From assembly GCF_006345805.1 (NCBI RefSeq), contig NC_043010.1, positions 8,742,001-8,806,000 of the forward strand: DNA of 64,000 bases, written 5' to 3'. This document shows, piece after piece, positions 38,601 through 52,250 of this stretch; within the stretch, counting starts at the first letter, position 1, and every line of letters begins with the position of its first letter. The translations under genes were made by a program, and so were the position numbers. This DNA is from Octopus sinensis. Its lineage: Eukaryota. The notes below the pieces were generated by a model. The model saw nothing but the letters and a program-made list of their open reading frames with translations. It was not told the origin of the DNA and made no database searches.

Positions 38601-39084
38601 CAATGTATATATTTATTCCTAAACATTTCCAATAGAAGTCCAAAGCTAAAAATTTGTTGGGAGAGTAGCTGTCAGTTATATTAGCCTCATTACTTGACTG
38701 GCATTTTATTTTATTGGTTCCAGAAGGATGAAAGGCAAAGCTGATTTTTTAAAAATTTGAACTCAAAACATAATGTGATGGAATTTTACTGATTTACTGT
38801 CTTTACAATTTTCAAGAAAGATACAAGACCAGAAATTTGTGAGGAAACAAAATGTAATTAAAGTAATCCAGCTATTTAACTGATAAAAAGGATGAAAGTG
38901 AATGTACTAGCTCTAATAGTTAGAGTAGTGCACTCATATTCATAATAGATTATGATTATTATTATTAAGCCAAGACTGACTTTGCCTTTTGTCTTTTTCA
39001 ATAAAATAAGTCCCAGTTTTGCTCAGGGAATGATGTAATTGACTAACTCCCACCTTTGAAATTGATAACCTTGTGCCAAAATTT

Positions 39085-39099
39085 GATACCATTGTTTTA

Positions 39100-39133
<34 letters not shown>

Positions 39134-39141
39134 CATTATTA

Positions 39142-39175
<34 letters not shown>

Positions 39176-39278
39176 CATTATTATTATTATTATTATTATT
39201 ATTTCATATATGCTCAACAGATTAGACTGTGGATATGAAATAATGATAATGATGATGATGATGATGATGATGATGAGC

Positions 39279-39325
<47 letters not shown>

Positions 39326-39545
39326 CATAATAATAATAATAAGAAGAAGAAAAACAACAACAACAATAACAATAATAGTAATAATACTAATAATAATAAT
39401 AATAACAACAACAATGTTTCAAATTTTGGTATTATTACTACTAATATTTTTATTATCATTATTATCATTATTATTATTATTATATTATTATTATTATATT
39501 ATTATTATATTTTATTATTATTATTATTGGCATAAATTACTATTA
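39085..39545. repeat. Compound (TTA)/(TGA)/(TAA)/(CAA) trinucleotide array
   Basis: Directly visible. Confidence 0.95.
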
Positions 39546-40121
39546 TTGTTATTGGCCCCATGATGCAACTTAAAGATTCATAGGCTCATCGCAAGAGCCT
39601 AGTTCATCAAGCTCAGACATGTATGTATATATACGTATGCATAAATATGCATACATGTGTGTGTGCACTGAGCCTGTATATTGAAATTGTCTTTAGTTAT
39701 AGTTATGTCCAGAAGTTGTGCCATGTTTAGATATAGTGCTATGTCCAGCTATTGTATAATATGTAAAAACAGATTTATTTTTGATCACTGTGAGTATTCT
39801 TAAAATGCATAATCATTACTTAGGCATACTTAAAGTAATACAGATAATGGTTTGGCTAAGTTAACCCTCTTAGATCTGGGTACCTCCATCGGGGCTCCTG
39901 AGCCAAAAAATAAATAGTTGCATATATGACACAAAAGTAATAATTGCAGGTAAACTATGGACAGAATCAGGACAAAAATCAGGAGGGCAACAATAATCGG
40001 TCTTTCTCTCAACTGCTGTATTTGTTAAGCAAACTAATGGACAGAATGACAAAAGATTGAGGAGAATAACGATAAATAGGTATATATCTCAACTACCATC
40101 TTAATTCACCCCAAACCTTAC

Positions 40122-40192
40122 TTTCCTCGTCACGTTCAACAGTGTCATTGTCTGAATCACTCTCGTAACCAGCGTAAGTGTAAATTCTTTGT
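40122..40192 (-). CDS. Coding exon (xQRIYTYAGYESDSDNDTVERDEE), best-supported exon in the window
   Basis: Acceptor atttattcttcag|, donor GAAA|gtaagg, open frame phase 2 to 1, CpG-rich relative to the flanks. Confidence 0.65.
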
Positions 40193-41288
40193 CTGAAGAA
40201 TAAATATCATTAATAATTTCCTCAACTGTAAAGAGTCTAGCCTTGCTTGTTTACAAGACAAAGTGCTGGGTTCATCTCACACAGCTGTTTCATTGTAAAC
40301 TCATTTTTTTTTCTCTCTCTGGTTAAAAACAAAAGTAAACAACAGCTATGGGGGAAAGACCATTAACAATGAGTTATAAACACACTTGACTACAAAGCTG
40401 CAACATGATTATTTGTCTAATTTTAGTATTTTATATTCTTTTTCTACTTGAGTTGTTCATTACTGCTTTTGCAGGAATCCAGCAGATATGACATTTAAGC
40501 TATTCCTGCTAGAGTAGGAACATGGCGTGACAGGGTTAAAGCAGAGAAACCATAAGCGAAGGGTTAAATTTTCCTGTAGGAAAAAAATTCTTTATTGTCA
40601 GGTCTGATCTTGTAAAAGTCATAGAATGCATGCACACACATAGGTACATGTGCTCATACACACATAGACACATGTGTACACACACATAAGCGCATGCATG
40701 TGCATACACACACATAAATGTTGACATTTCAATCAGATGGTAACAAGTAAATTCAACATCAATGTTTGAATTTGCTTGTCACCATCTGGTTGAAAGAGAG
40801 AAATTATGTTTATATTCCTTTGTGACATGACAATTTGGCCAGTAATTATGAAAACCAGTGGAAAAAAATCTTTTGCTTGAGAAGCAGGTGAGATTTGATG
40901 ACAGTAAAACCATCTGGGCATAAAATTTTGCCTCAAATAATTCCTCATCCAATCCTGCAAGCATGGAAAAAGTAGACAATCAGCACATCAGGATATATAT
41001 ATAATTGTAAAGCATGACTGTCACCACTACTATATGAACCTGAAGATTGCAGAGTTTAATGCATGAAAGTACTAGTTCAATCAGAATGAACATTTAACAT
41101 TCTATTATTTTATTTTATTTATTATTTATAGTATCTTATATCATTATAAGATTGTAAATAAAACGTGAAAACCAGACAAGGTTGGAATTCCTTTATAATA
41201 TATTCTTCTATACACAATCACACACACCCGTATATATATCTATATCTATATATATATATATACATGTGTGTGCATGGGTGTGTATATT

Positions 41289-41337
<49 letters not shown>

Positions 41338-41412
41338 ATCTAAGAATCCATAAGTCAGAAAAAATATGCACTTGTATAGTTGTCAACAGAGTTGGTTATA
41401 TTAATCAAAATA

Positions 41413-41581
41413 TACAGTATTGTAGATCTATTTCAGCCGATCTTACAAATTGGTTTCCCTGGTGACATCTCTGAAGAGCATTTAGTGTTAGATGCAAACA
41501 TTTATGTCTAATATCTGGTTGTCAAATATCCAATGTGAAATTGATTTGTAAGATCAGCTGAAGTGAATCTATAATACAGCA
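41413..41581. mobile_element. Small MITE with ~40-bp imperfect TIRs, Tc1/mariner-like
   Basis: ta-cagtattgtagatctatttcagccgatcttacaaat is the reverse complement of atttgtaagatcagctgaagtgaatctataatacag with a few mismatches. Confidence 0.6.
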
Positions 41582-41785
41582 TAGTTTTGATGAATGTATC
41601 AGCATGCTTACCTTTATTTATATTAGTGAAACTTATATGTAAAATAAATGTTTCTGTTGCTTGCATTGCTTTTTAAAATACTCTGAAGTTCTCACTTTAA
41701 GTTTTCACTAACATGGTGCCTGATTTCTTCTCTTGGGTTACCTACATCTACATTACATTTGGTTTATTATTTATTGTTCACCATA

Positions 41786-42193
41786 GGCGCAGGAGTGGGT
41801 GTGTGGTAAGTAGCTTGTTTACCTACCACATGGTTCCAGGTTCAGTCCCACTGCGTGGCACCTTGGGCAAGTGTCTTCTACTATAGCCTCGGGCCGACCA
41901 AAGCCTTGTGAATGGATTTGGTAGACGGAAACTGAAAAGAAGCCCGTCGTATATATGTATATATATATATATGTATGTGTGTGTTTTTGTGTCTGTGTGT
42001 GTCCCCCGAGCATTGCTTGACAACCGATGCTGGTGTGTTTATGTCCCTGTCACTTAGCAGTTCGGTAAAAGAGACCGATAGAATAAGTACTGGGCTTACA
42101 AAAGAATAAGTTCCGGGGTCGAGTTGCTCGATTAAAGGTGGTGCTCCAGCATGGCCGCAGTCAAATGACTGAAACAAGTAAAAGAGTAAAAGA
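41786..42193 (+). mobile_element. SINE family C
   Basis: Full body with (aaagagta)n tail. Confidence 0.9.
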
Positions 42194-42537
42194 GATACTA
42201 ATCTTCCATGACCACTACCTCAATTTACCACCTTAAAATCGATGCATTATCTTTCTCAACTTCTCCCTGCCTTTTTTGCTCTTTCTATTTCTCTGGACAT
42301 ATAATTCAAAACAAGGTTTTTCTGTAAACCATTTTCCCCTATCTTTAGTGTGAATCTAATATTTAACCCTTTTGTTACCATATTTCTGTTGAGATGCTCT
42401 GTGATTCTTTCAATTAATTTTAAATATAACAAAGAATTTAGTAAAATAACTTAGTTATCATTAAGCTGTTGTTAAGGACATAAATTGTGACTAAGGTTTG
42501 GTGGAAGATTTTAATTCAAAACTTATGTAAACAAGAC

Positions 42538-42945
42538 AGGAGTGGTTGTGTGGTAAGTAGCTTGCTAACCAACCACATGGTTCTGGGTTCAGTCCCACTG
42601 TGTGGCACCTTCTGCAAGTGTCTTCTGCTATAGCCCCGGGCCAACCAATGCCTTGTGAGTGGATTTGGTAGACGGAAACTGAAAGAAGCCTGTCGTATAT
42701 ATGTATGTATATATATATATATATGTATGTGAGTGTGTGTTTGTGTGTCTGCGTTTGTCCCGCTAGCATTGCTTGACAACCGATGCTGGTGTGTTTACGT
42801 CCCCGTCACTTAGCGGTTCGGCAAAAAGAGACCGATAGAATAAGTACTGGGCTTACAAAGAATAAGTCCCGGGGTCGATTTGCTCGACTAAAAGGCGGTG
42901 CTCCTGCATGACCGCAGTCAAATGACTGAAACAAGTAAAAGAGAA
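42538..42945 (+). mobile_element. SINE family C
   Basis: Full body. Confidence 0.9.
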
Positions 42946-43404
42946 AGACATTTGTACTCAGAGCCCGAACCGGTTTCGGCCGGGCTTGTAACGAAAGGGA
43001 CTGTATCTCAGATGTTTCTTTGCTTGCTTGAGTCGTCTCTAAAGAGAATCATGAATTTTCGCCAAGCAGTTATAATCGAGAAGAATTGTAAAAATATTTC
43101 TGAATAGGCAATGTTACAATGTTTTATACCTTTTTTTTTTTTTTTTTTTTTTTTGGTAGTGGGTGCATCTCCAGTGACATTTCCAAGATTAGAACTATTA
43201 TCCCCAGCAGAATACCATCCAGAATCTGCCATACAGATATTCAGAATCCATTTACAAAAAAGTCGAGTACTATGCTTCACAAGTTCAGACTAGTGCTTGA
43301 CTCTAAAAGAACATGTCTGGTAAAGAAGATTAATCTGACATTTTTCTGGTTGTCCTTTAGTTATGTCAAATATGATCCACATTTGGCATGCATTCATGCA
43401 TCCA

Positions 43405-43492
43405 TCCATCTATCTGTCTATCTACTTTTTTGTCCGTCTATCTATCTATCTATCTACCTATCTATCTATCTATCTATTTATCTATCTATCTA

Positions 43493-43531
<39 letters not shown>

Positions 43532-43560
43532 TTATTTATCTATCTATCTATCTATCAATC

Positions 43561-43611
<51 letters not shown>

Positions 43612-43647
43612 ATCTATCTATCTATCTATCTATATCTATCTACCTAT

Positions 43648-43725
<78 letters not shown>

Positions 43726-43770
43726 GTCTGTCTGTCTTTATACACACACACACACACACACACACACATG
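43405..43770. repeat. (TATC)n tetranucleotide array followed by (CA)n
   Basis: Directly visible. Confidence 0.95.
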
Positions 43771-44073
43771 CGTGCTATGGGCGTATATATATTTGTATAC
43801 ATGTATGATTTTTGTATTGAAATAGTTTTATATATTCTTAGGCATGAGTCTGTGCATGTGTGTTTGGGTGTTTGGGTGTATGTGTGCATGTGTATGTGTG
43901 CATGTGTACATATCTATGTAACATTTATGTAGTAGTTCTTATCTGCATGATTTTTTAAATCCTTTTTATGTCACAAATCATTCAATATAGATTTTGTTAT
44001 ACTTATACTTATATTTCCCAGATATCCACTTGTCAAAAGAAACTGGCACTTTGTAAAAGAATTTTCATTTTAG

Positions 44074-44190
44074 AATCTGTCATTCTGTATTCTGAATGCA
44101 ATCATTGATGGAACCATAGATATTTTAAGAAAGAATATGTTGACACCAGGCCAGACCGTACTGATTCCAAAAGAAGGCCATTTTACCAAT
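44074..44190 (+). pseudogene. Possible non-LTR reverse-transcriptase remnant
   Basis: Frame ILNAIIDGTIDILRKNMLTPGQTVLIPKEGHF contains a G-x-TVLIPK motif like that near the start of non-LTR RT domains. Confidence 0.4.
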
Positions 44191-44276
44191 TAGCTAGCTT
44201 TCTATCATACATACACTTCAACTACTAGCTATCAGGTGTGTTGGTTCTTTTTATTGTCCTATCTATCACTACAGCC

Positions 44277-44672
44277 ACAGGAGTGGCTGTGTGGTAAGTA
44301 GCTTGCTTACCAACCTCATGGTTCGAGTTCATTCCCACTGTGTGGCACCTTGGGCAAGTCTCTTCTACTATAGCCTCGGGCCGACCAAAGCCTTGTGAGT
44401 GGATTTGGTAGACTGAAACTGAAAGAAGCCTGTCGTATATATGTATGTATATATATATGTATGTGTGTGTATATGTTTGTGTTTCTGTGTTTGTCCCCCC
44501 AACATGGCTTGACAACTGATGCTGGTAACTTAGTGGTTCAGCAAAAGAGGCCGCTAGAATAACTACTAGGCTTACAAAAAATAAGTTCTGGAGTCGATTT
44601 GCTTGACTAAAGGTGTTGCTCCAGCATGGCCGCAGTCAAATGACTGAAGCAAGTAAAAGAGTAAAAGAGTAA
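44277..44672 (+). mobile_element. SINE family C
   Basis: Body with a small internal deletion; (aaagagta)n tail. Confidence 0.85.
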
Positions 44673-45110
44673 AATTTGGATTAGCTAGCAGTTTACATTT
44701 ACTCCTCACAACTCACTTGACCCTCAGAAAATATTATTTGTTAGTCTATGACAATCAACCAAGCCCATTCATAAAAAAGATAGAAAAATCTCACAGTCTC
44801 CTCCTGGGGCCCCAAAACAGTCTTGTTCTGCCTTGCTAATGGCAAGCTGGCAGAATCATTAGCACACTAGGCATTTGGTCCATCGTTCTGAGTTCAAATT
44901 CTGCCAAGGATAATTTTGTCTTTTATCCTTTAGGGTCCATAAAATGACTACGACTTGATCACTGGGTTCAATGTAATTGACTTTCTCCCTACACCAAATT
45001 TGCTGGCCTCGTGTTAAAATTTGAAATTAATATTTTCTTAAATGTCTTATCTGTTCTTGTCTATTTCCTCTTTGTTCCAAGTATAATGTATCTAGAAAAG
45101 CATTAACCTA

Positions 45111-45322
45111 TTTCTTTACTACCCTCAAGGGGCTAAACACAGAGGGGACAAACAAACGAATTAAGTCGATTATATCGACCCCAGTGAGTAACTGGTACTT
45201 ATTTAATCGATCACGAAAGGATGAAAGGCAAAGTCGACCTCGGCGGAATTTGAACTCAGAACATAACAGCAGACGAAATACCACTAAGCATTTTGCCCAG
45301 CATACTAACGTTTCTGCCAACA
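45111..45322 (-). mobile_element. SINE family B
   Basis: Reverse complement of the family B body. Confidence 0.85.
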
Positions 45323-45744
45323 GCAACAACATCTACTTCACATTTTAAGATCATAGGGTATAATTCAATAGAATTTGGTTGCCATTTCTGGAAGGCCTCT
45401 TTAACATTGCTTTTGCTGTTGTTGCTTTAGCATCAAATCATGTCAGATGGGCAACATAAACATAACATGCAAGCAGGTATTGTAGGTACATCACATTCAC
45501 TAATCGTTCAAAGTACCTATGTACTTATGAACAGATATAAACAAATTCTCAATCCCTCTAATTTAAACAACCAGAACATCTAAGATGTGACATAGAGAGG
45601 GAAAGAGGTCTCCACAAATACCATATTTCATTACAAATAAGGCATACATTTTTCCTCACAAAAGCCCCTCAAAATCACTCAGGATTATATTTGCAAAGTT
45701 GGGCCACCCATAAGCTCTAATGTACTAAAACCTTTTTATTCATA

Positions 45745-46052
45745 ACTAGCAGTATCGCCCGGCGTTGCTCGGGCTTGTAAGGGAAATAACTATATAAGCA
45801 TTTTTAGAGAGTTACTTCCTTTATATAACCCGAGCAAAAATCATTAAAAATGCGGAAAAATGATTGTAAATTGTTTTTTAAATCGTAGACTCATCGTAGA
45901 CACGCATTGATACCCAGAAGGCTCGATATGAATGACAACTATAAGATACCCGCTTTTGGTTAAACTGCACCGCAAAATGTGGGAGTAGTTAGGAATCTAA
46001 ATCGGAGGAGATAGAGTCTCACACACACAACTTGAATTTTATATATAAAGAT
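45745..46052 (+). mobile_element. Helitron/Helentron-like non-autonomous element
   Basis: Starts actagcagtatcgcccggcgttgctcggg (subterminal stem-loop) and ends cttgaattttatatataaagat; CpG-rich compared with the flanks. Class assignment is by resemblance only. Confidence 0.5.
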
Positions 46053-46431
46053 ATGAAGTCTCACTAAAGTTGATTTTGTCTTTCATCCTTTTGAGGTTGA
46101 TTAACTCTGTACTAGTTGAGCTGTACTGGGGTCAATGCAATTGACTTACCACCTCCCCTAAAATTACTGGCCTTGTGTCGAAATGTGAAACCAATATGTA
46201 TTGCTGAAGTTTGGGTGTGTCTAATATGCTCATATATCTTTTTCATGCCATCAGATATGGTACTTGGAAGATACTCATTTTCTGTTAAGCAGACTGGAGT
46301 AAAGCGTTTTGTTCATGAACATACAATAATACTTAGTTCAGGAACTGAACCCATGACTTCATGATCTTGTGCCCAACACCCAGACCACTAGGCCATGCAT
46401 CTCCATCTTCACCAAGTCTGATGAAGCTGAC

Positions 46432-46479
46432 CTGTTATCAAATGTTTTCCATGTAGAATCCTCTGCCTTTTAGGAATCT
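46432..46479 (-). CDS. Weak candidate exon (xIPKRQRILHGKHLIT)
   Basis: tgttgttacag| acceptor and ACAG|gtcagc donor; phase 1 to 1, compatible with 55584. Confidence 0.2.
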
Positions 46480-46914
46480 CTGTAACAACAGTATTTAATA
46501 CAACAGTCCTATATTTTTATTTTTTTATAAAAGTAGGGTGCGATTTGTGAATGATTTAGCTGTTATTTTTAGCTGTCATTCTAAGGTAAAAAGGTATGTT
46601 AACAACTGTTAGGAGTTTTCCCAAAGACAGTAGATGTGTTGAGCAGAAAAAACACGAATAAGAATAGAAACACAAAAATCAATGAAGTATCCTGTACATG
46701 ATTGGTGTGTGTTTTTATAAAGTAGCATGCAGTGTCAACAGAAAAGTAATTTCACTGTAAATTATTACAATGCTATATCAAAATTTTGAACAATTTCTTA
46801 TTGAATATTGGAATATCTTAGTTTCAATGTGTGTACGTATACTTCTGAGCAAGTGGAGATTTTTCACTTTCACATAGAAGTGAACAGAAGTATATGAGTG
46901 TGTGAGAATCATTG

Positions 46915-47112
46915 TGTATGTATGTATGTATGTATGTATGTATGTATGTATGTATTTATGTATGTGTGTATGTATTAATGTATGTATGTGTGTATGCATG
47001 TATGTATGTATGTATGCATGTATGTATGTATGTAGGTAGGTAGGTATTTATGTATATATGTTTGTATGTATGTATGCATGTATGTATATATGTATGCATG
47101 TTTATATATTTG

Positions 47113-47149
<37 letters not shown>

Positions 47150-47150
47150 A
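46915..47150. repeat. (TATG)n then (TA)n microsatellite
   Basis: Directly visible. Confidence 0.95.
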
Positions 47151-47242
47151 ATTCAACCAACAAACAATTCAAAAATTAAATGAAAATGAACTAAATACAT
47201 GCACACACACAACACACGCACCCACACACACACATACATATA

Positions 47243-47276
<34 letters not shown>

Positions 47277-47888
47277 CTGTGTCTGTGTGTATGCACATAA
47301 ATACATGTACATATATATAACTCATGAGTGTAAATATGTATATATATATATATGTGTGTGTGTGTATATATATATATATGTGTATATACAAAACATATAT
47401 ATTATATATATTCATGCACCACATATAACCATACATATACACAAACACAGGTAATATCTATCAGCAATTTATCTGAAAATATTATATGAGCCACTTACCA
47501 GCATTAAGATAGAATCTTCTAGAAAAAAAATCACCCAAGTTAAAAGAAAAAAAACAAACAATAGATATTACTGCTATTAAAAACAGAAAAAAACACTATC
47601 TCTGTCAGTATTGTTTACAGGAGAGGCATGTTATCGATATTGCTAGAGTTTATTCTTCATTTACCTGGTGCATAACAGACAAATATCGTTTCAAGTGGTT
47701 TAAAATACTGTGGCAGTCAAAGGACTAAAGGTGAGTGTGTATTTAAAAATATTACTTCAAATATACCTTATGAATATTGGTTTAACATTTTGGTGCAAGG
47801 AGAGCAATTGCAAAGGAGTGGGTTGGTCAATTACTGGGTCGACCCCAGTGATCAACTGGTATTTATGTTATCAACTTATTTATGTTAT

Positions 47889-48340
47889 AGGTGTAGGAGT
47901 GGCTGTGTGGTAAGTAGCTTGCTTGCCAACCACACAGTTCCGGGTTCAGTCCCACTGTGTGGCACTTTGGGCAAGTGTCTTCTACTATAGCCTCGGGCTG
48001 ACCAAAGCCTTGTGAGTGGATTTGGTAATGGAAACTGAAAGAAGCCTGTCGTATATATGTGTGTCTATATATATATATATTATATATATATATATATATA
48101 TTATGTATATATATATATATATGCAGTGTGGTATATGTTGGTGTGTCTATGTTTGTCCCCCCAACACGCTTGACAACTGGTGTGTTTATGCCCCCGTACC
48201 TTAGCAGTTCAGCAAAAGAGACCGATAGAATAAGCACTAGGCTTACGAAAAATAAGTCCTGCCATTGATTTGCTCGACTACAGGTGGTGCTCCAGCATGG
48301 CCGCTGTCAAATGACTGAAACAAGTAAAAGAGTAAAAGAG
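47889..48340 (+). mobile_element. SINE family C
   Basis: Full body with an expanded internal TA tract. Confidence 0.9.
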
Positions 48341-48535
48341 TAACTCCAAAGCTGACCTTGGTGGAATGTGAAATCAGGATGCCAAGATGGAGGAAATGCT
48401 GCTCAACATTTTGCCTGGCATGCCAATGATTCTGCCAGCTCATTACCTCAATATACCATATAAATATAACCTTCATTTATTTTAAATTAATATGGCAAGA
48501 TTGTTCATTTATATGTAACTATTATCAATATATAG

Positions 48536-48943
48536 GCGCAGTGAGTGGCTGTGTGGTAAGTAGCTTGCTTGCCAACCACATAGTTCCGGTTCAGTCCCAC
48601 TGCGTGGCACCTTCGAAGTGTCTTCTACTATAGCCTGGCCGACCAAGCCTTGTGAGTAGATTTGGTAGACAGAAACTGAAAGAAGCCCGTCGTATATATG
48701 TATTATATGTAAGGTTGGTCGTGTGTGTTTGTGTGTCTGTGTTTGTCCCCCAACATTGCTTGACAACCAATGGTGGGTGTTTTATCCCCATCACTTAGCT
48801 GTTCGGCAAAAGAGACCGATAGAATAAGTACTGGGCTTACAAAGAATAAGTCCCGGGGTCGAGTTGCTCGACTAAAGGCGGTGCTCCAGCATGGCCGCAG
48901 TCAAATGACTGAAACAAGTAAAAAAGTAAAAGAGTAAAAGAGT
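48536..48943 (+). mobile_element. SINE family C
   Basis: Full body. Confidence 0.9.
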
Positions 48944-48961
48944 ATATCCTGAAAGGTTAGG

Positions 48962-49340
48962 GAGCAAGCTGGCAGAATCATTAGCATGCCAGGCAAAATT
49001 CTTAGTGACATTTTGTCCATCTTTATGTTTTGGGTTCAAATTCTACCGAGGTCAACTTTGCTTTTCATCCTTTCAGGATTGATAAAATAAGTATCAGTGG
49101 AGCACTGTGGTTGATGTAATTGACTTCCCCTTCCCCTGAAATTGCTGGCCTTGTGCCAAAATTTGAAACTAGTATATTCTGAAAGGTGTTGGGCAGGCAG
49201 AATCATTAACACACTGGACAAAATGCATAACAGCATTTGTATGGCTTTAGGTTCACAGTTGAAATGCCACCAAGGTTGACTTTACCATTCATCCTTTTGG
49301 GGTTGATAAAATAAGTACCCGTAGGTACTGATGTAATCGA
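48962..49340 (+). mobile_element. Two diverged tandem SINE family B copies
   Basis: caagctggcagaatcattagc head with ttttcatcctttcagg body, repeated from about 49195. Confidence 0.7.
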
Positions 49341-49494
49341 CTTAACTACCCACCAAAAAAAAAAAAATTGTTAGTTTGGTGATAAATTTGAAGCAATTAT
49401 TAATATATTCTGTATTTCATTATTCTAAGTCAAACCAAATGAAGTGAATATTCTTTGATGAGAAGACCTAAAGTGATTGAAACATATATACTCA

Positions 49495-49880
49495 TTTACT
49501 CATTTACTTGTTTCAGTCATTTGATTGTGGCCATGCTGCAGCACTGCCTTTAGTCAAGCAAATCGGACCCAGGACTTATTCTTTGTAAGCCTAGTACTTA
49601 TTCTATCGGTCTTTTATGCCGAACCGCTAAGTTACGGGGACATAAACACACCAGTATCGGTTGTCAAGCGATGTTGGGTGGGGACAAACATATACAAACA
49701 CACACATACATATTTATATATATACAATGGGTTTCTTTCAGTTTCCGTCTACCAGATCCACTCATAAGGCTTTGGTTGGCCTGAGGCTACAGTAGAAGAC
49801 ACTTGTGCAAGGTGTCAAGCAGTGGGACTGAACCTGGAACTATGTGGTTGGTAAGCAAGCTACTTACCACATAGCCACTT
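49495..49880 (-). mobile_element. SINE family C
   Basis: Reverse complement of the body. Confidence 0.85.
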
Positions 49881-50852
49881 CTTGCCCCCAATTTTTTTTT
49901 TTAATTTTTAAAATTCAATGATGAAGAAGATGATGATGATGTTGATGTTGACAATAGCAATGATGATTTGACTTGTATTCAACATGACATTGAAGAAAAA
50001 TGAGTAAAAAACATTAAATAAGCACATGACTCAGTACCATCCAAGTAGTGGCATTCCAGGTTATGGAAAAGAGAAATTTTATGTGAACATGCCACATGTG
50101 AAAGTTTTCCAATTATTGACTTGTGAATCATTGGTATAGATAATATCAAAAGAAGTTTGCAAATCTTATTAAAAAAAAGGTATAATACAGTAATATATTG
50201 TTATTGTTGCTGTTGTTGTTGTTGAGCCACTGATCAGTTGTATTATCAAAGACCTTTTAACAATAACCTCAGGTTAGACACAGGATTAAATATTTTCTGT
50301 TATCATCTCATTTTGTATTTTCAGGATTGCGTGTTCTAATGCGTCCTTTTATTATAAGAAGGTAGAGTGTGACTTGATTGAGAATTGGCTACTATGTCTA
50401 GCAAGCCTTGCAACCAAGAAGAGGCTTCCACTATGGTTCAAAATATATCCTTATTACATGCATTACATGCATTCTTCAGACTTAATTGTATATAGAAAAT
50501 AACTTCAACAAAAGTGATTAGTATATATGTATATGTATATATATAGACATCATGGATTTTTTTTTAGTTGTCTTCATAAAAAATGGACAGAGCAGGTGTC
50601 TTTAACTCTCCCTCTCTGATATTTGATATTTAGAGAATTTTAATTGGCAATACAATAAATGAATAAAAACCATAGGTCATAAGTTTAAATGGAAATACAA
50701 AAGTCAAGAGTTAAAAGGATATGCATACAAATATGTGCCTCTATATTTATGTGTATGTGCGCATGCGTGTATGTAAGTGTATATGTATGCATATATAAAT
50801 ATACATATATATATATACATATATACATACATACATACACACATACATACAC

Positions 50853-50884
<32 letters not shown>

Positions 50885-51786
50885 GTATGCTTTTATTCCC
50901 TTTCTGTGTTACTCATGAAATAAATGTGAAAAAAGCTTTTGCAAATAATATGAAAAATATATTTAATCATCTCATCAGGAAAACCTTAAATAAAATTCTA
51001 CAATTTAATTGGAAAACTATATTTTCAGTCAACTTGATCAGAAGACTTTCAACAGTAAGATAAAACAAGAGCCTCTCATAAAAATTGGAATGGCTTCTTA
51101 TTGTATATGTGCATGTGCATGCATGCATGTACATATTGTGTATATGTATATATATGTAAATATGCATTTATATGTATATAAAATTCATAAATACACACAC
51201 ATGCATACATGCAAAGATGAATGCATGTATACATGTGTGTGTGTGTTTTCGTATTTACACACACACACACATTTTATTTCATTGCAAGTTCCATAACGAA
51301 AAAGTAAAACCCTTGTAAGATTTTAATAATCAGTATCAATTAACAAGTATTTTTGTCTTTTCTTGTTTTGCATTGTATTGTGTGTTTTTTTTTGTTGAAT
51401 TCAAATTTCTCAAAGATGAAAATCCACTGTTTAAATCAAATGAAATAAAATAATTTCATTCATGATCATGAATAGAATAGAGGAGAAGAGAAGTTAAAGA
51501 ATAGAATAGATTGGAATTAAATAAAATAGAGTTGAATTGATGTGAATAGAATAAAATAGATCTGATATTTGTTTGTTGATAATAAAACAATATTGTGTCT
51601 TTAGAAGTGGTAAGAAAAGAAAGAGCATAAGTGCAATAAACTCTGTAGTTTTTATTGTTTCATTTAGAAAAGTAATTAATAATATGTATATGAAATAAGG
51701 TGGTTGGTAAGAAGCATGGCACAAGAATATATTACAGTATTTTAGATGTTTCTCTTTAAATTTGGAGTTCAAATTGCTCTGAGGTC

Positions 51787-51834
51787 AACTTTCACTTTCA
51801 CTTTTACTTCTACTTTTATTTCCACTTTTACTTC

Positions 51835-51866
<32 letters not shown>

Positions 51867-52250
51867 CTTCCACTTTTACTTCCACTTTCACTCCCACTTT
51901 CACTTTCACTTTCACTTCCACTTTTACTTCCACTTTCACTTCCACTTTCACTTTCACTTTCACTTTTACTTCCACTTTTACTTCCACTTTCACTCCCACC
52001 TTTACTTCCACCTTTACTTCCACTTTCACTTCCACTTTCACTTCCACTTTCACTTCCACTTTCACTTCCACTTTCCATTTCACTTCCACTTTCACTTTCA
52101 CTTCCACTTTTACTTCCACTTTCACTTCTACTTTCACTTCCACTTCGACTTTCACTTTCACTTTTACTTCCACTTTTACTTCCACTTTCACTTCCACTCT
52201 CACTTCCACTTTTACTTCCACTTTCACTTCCACTTTTACTTCCACTTTCA
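51787..52250. repeat. Hexamer array (ACTTTC/ACTTCC/ACTTTT)n inside a family B SINE
   Basis: About 77 units; flanked by gagttcaaattgctctgaggtcaac and tccttttcat, which correspond to contiguous parts of SINE B. Confidence 0.9.

Noticed and set aside
43131-43320. 24-nt poly(T)/poly(A) as a processed-pseudogene tail or splice tract
   Set aside because: No polyadenylation signal or target-site duplication found; frames on both strands are unrecognisable.
47621-47730. Strong plus-strand gtgagt donor and a competing minus-strand micro-exon
   Set aside because: The full plus-strand exon has stops in all frames, and the minus-strand option does not fit the phase of the neighbouring exons.
50325-50361. 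GLRVLMRPFIIRR, resembling a SNF2 motif, between splice-like sites
   Set aside because: The 3' part runs into a dispersed repeat (ggtagagtgtgacttg...ggctactatgtctagc), and no other helicase exons are present.
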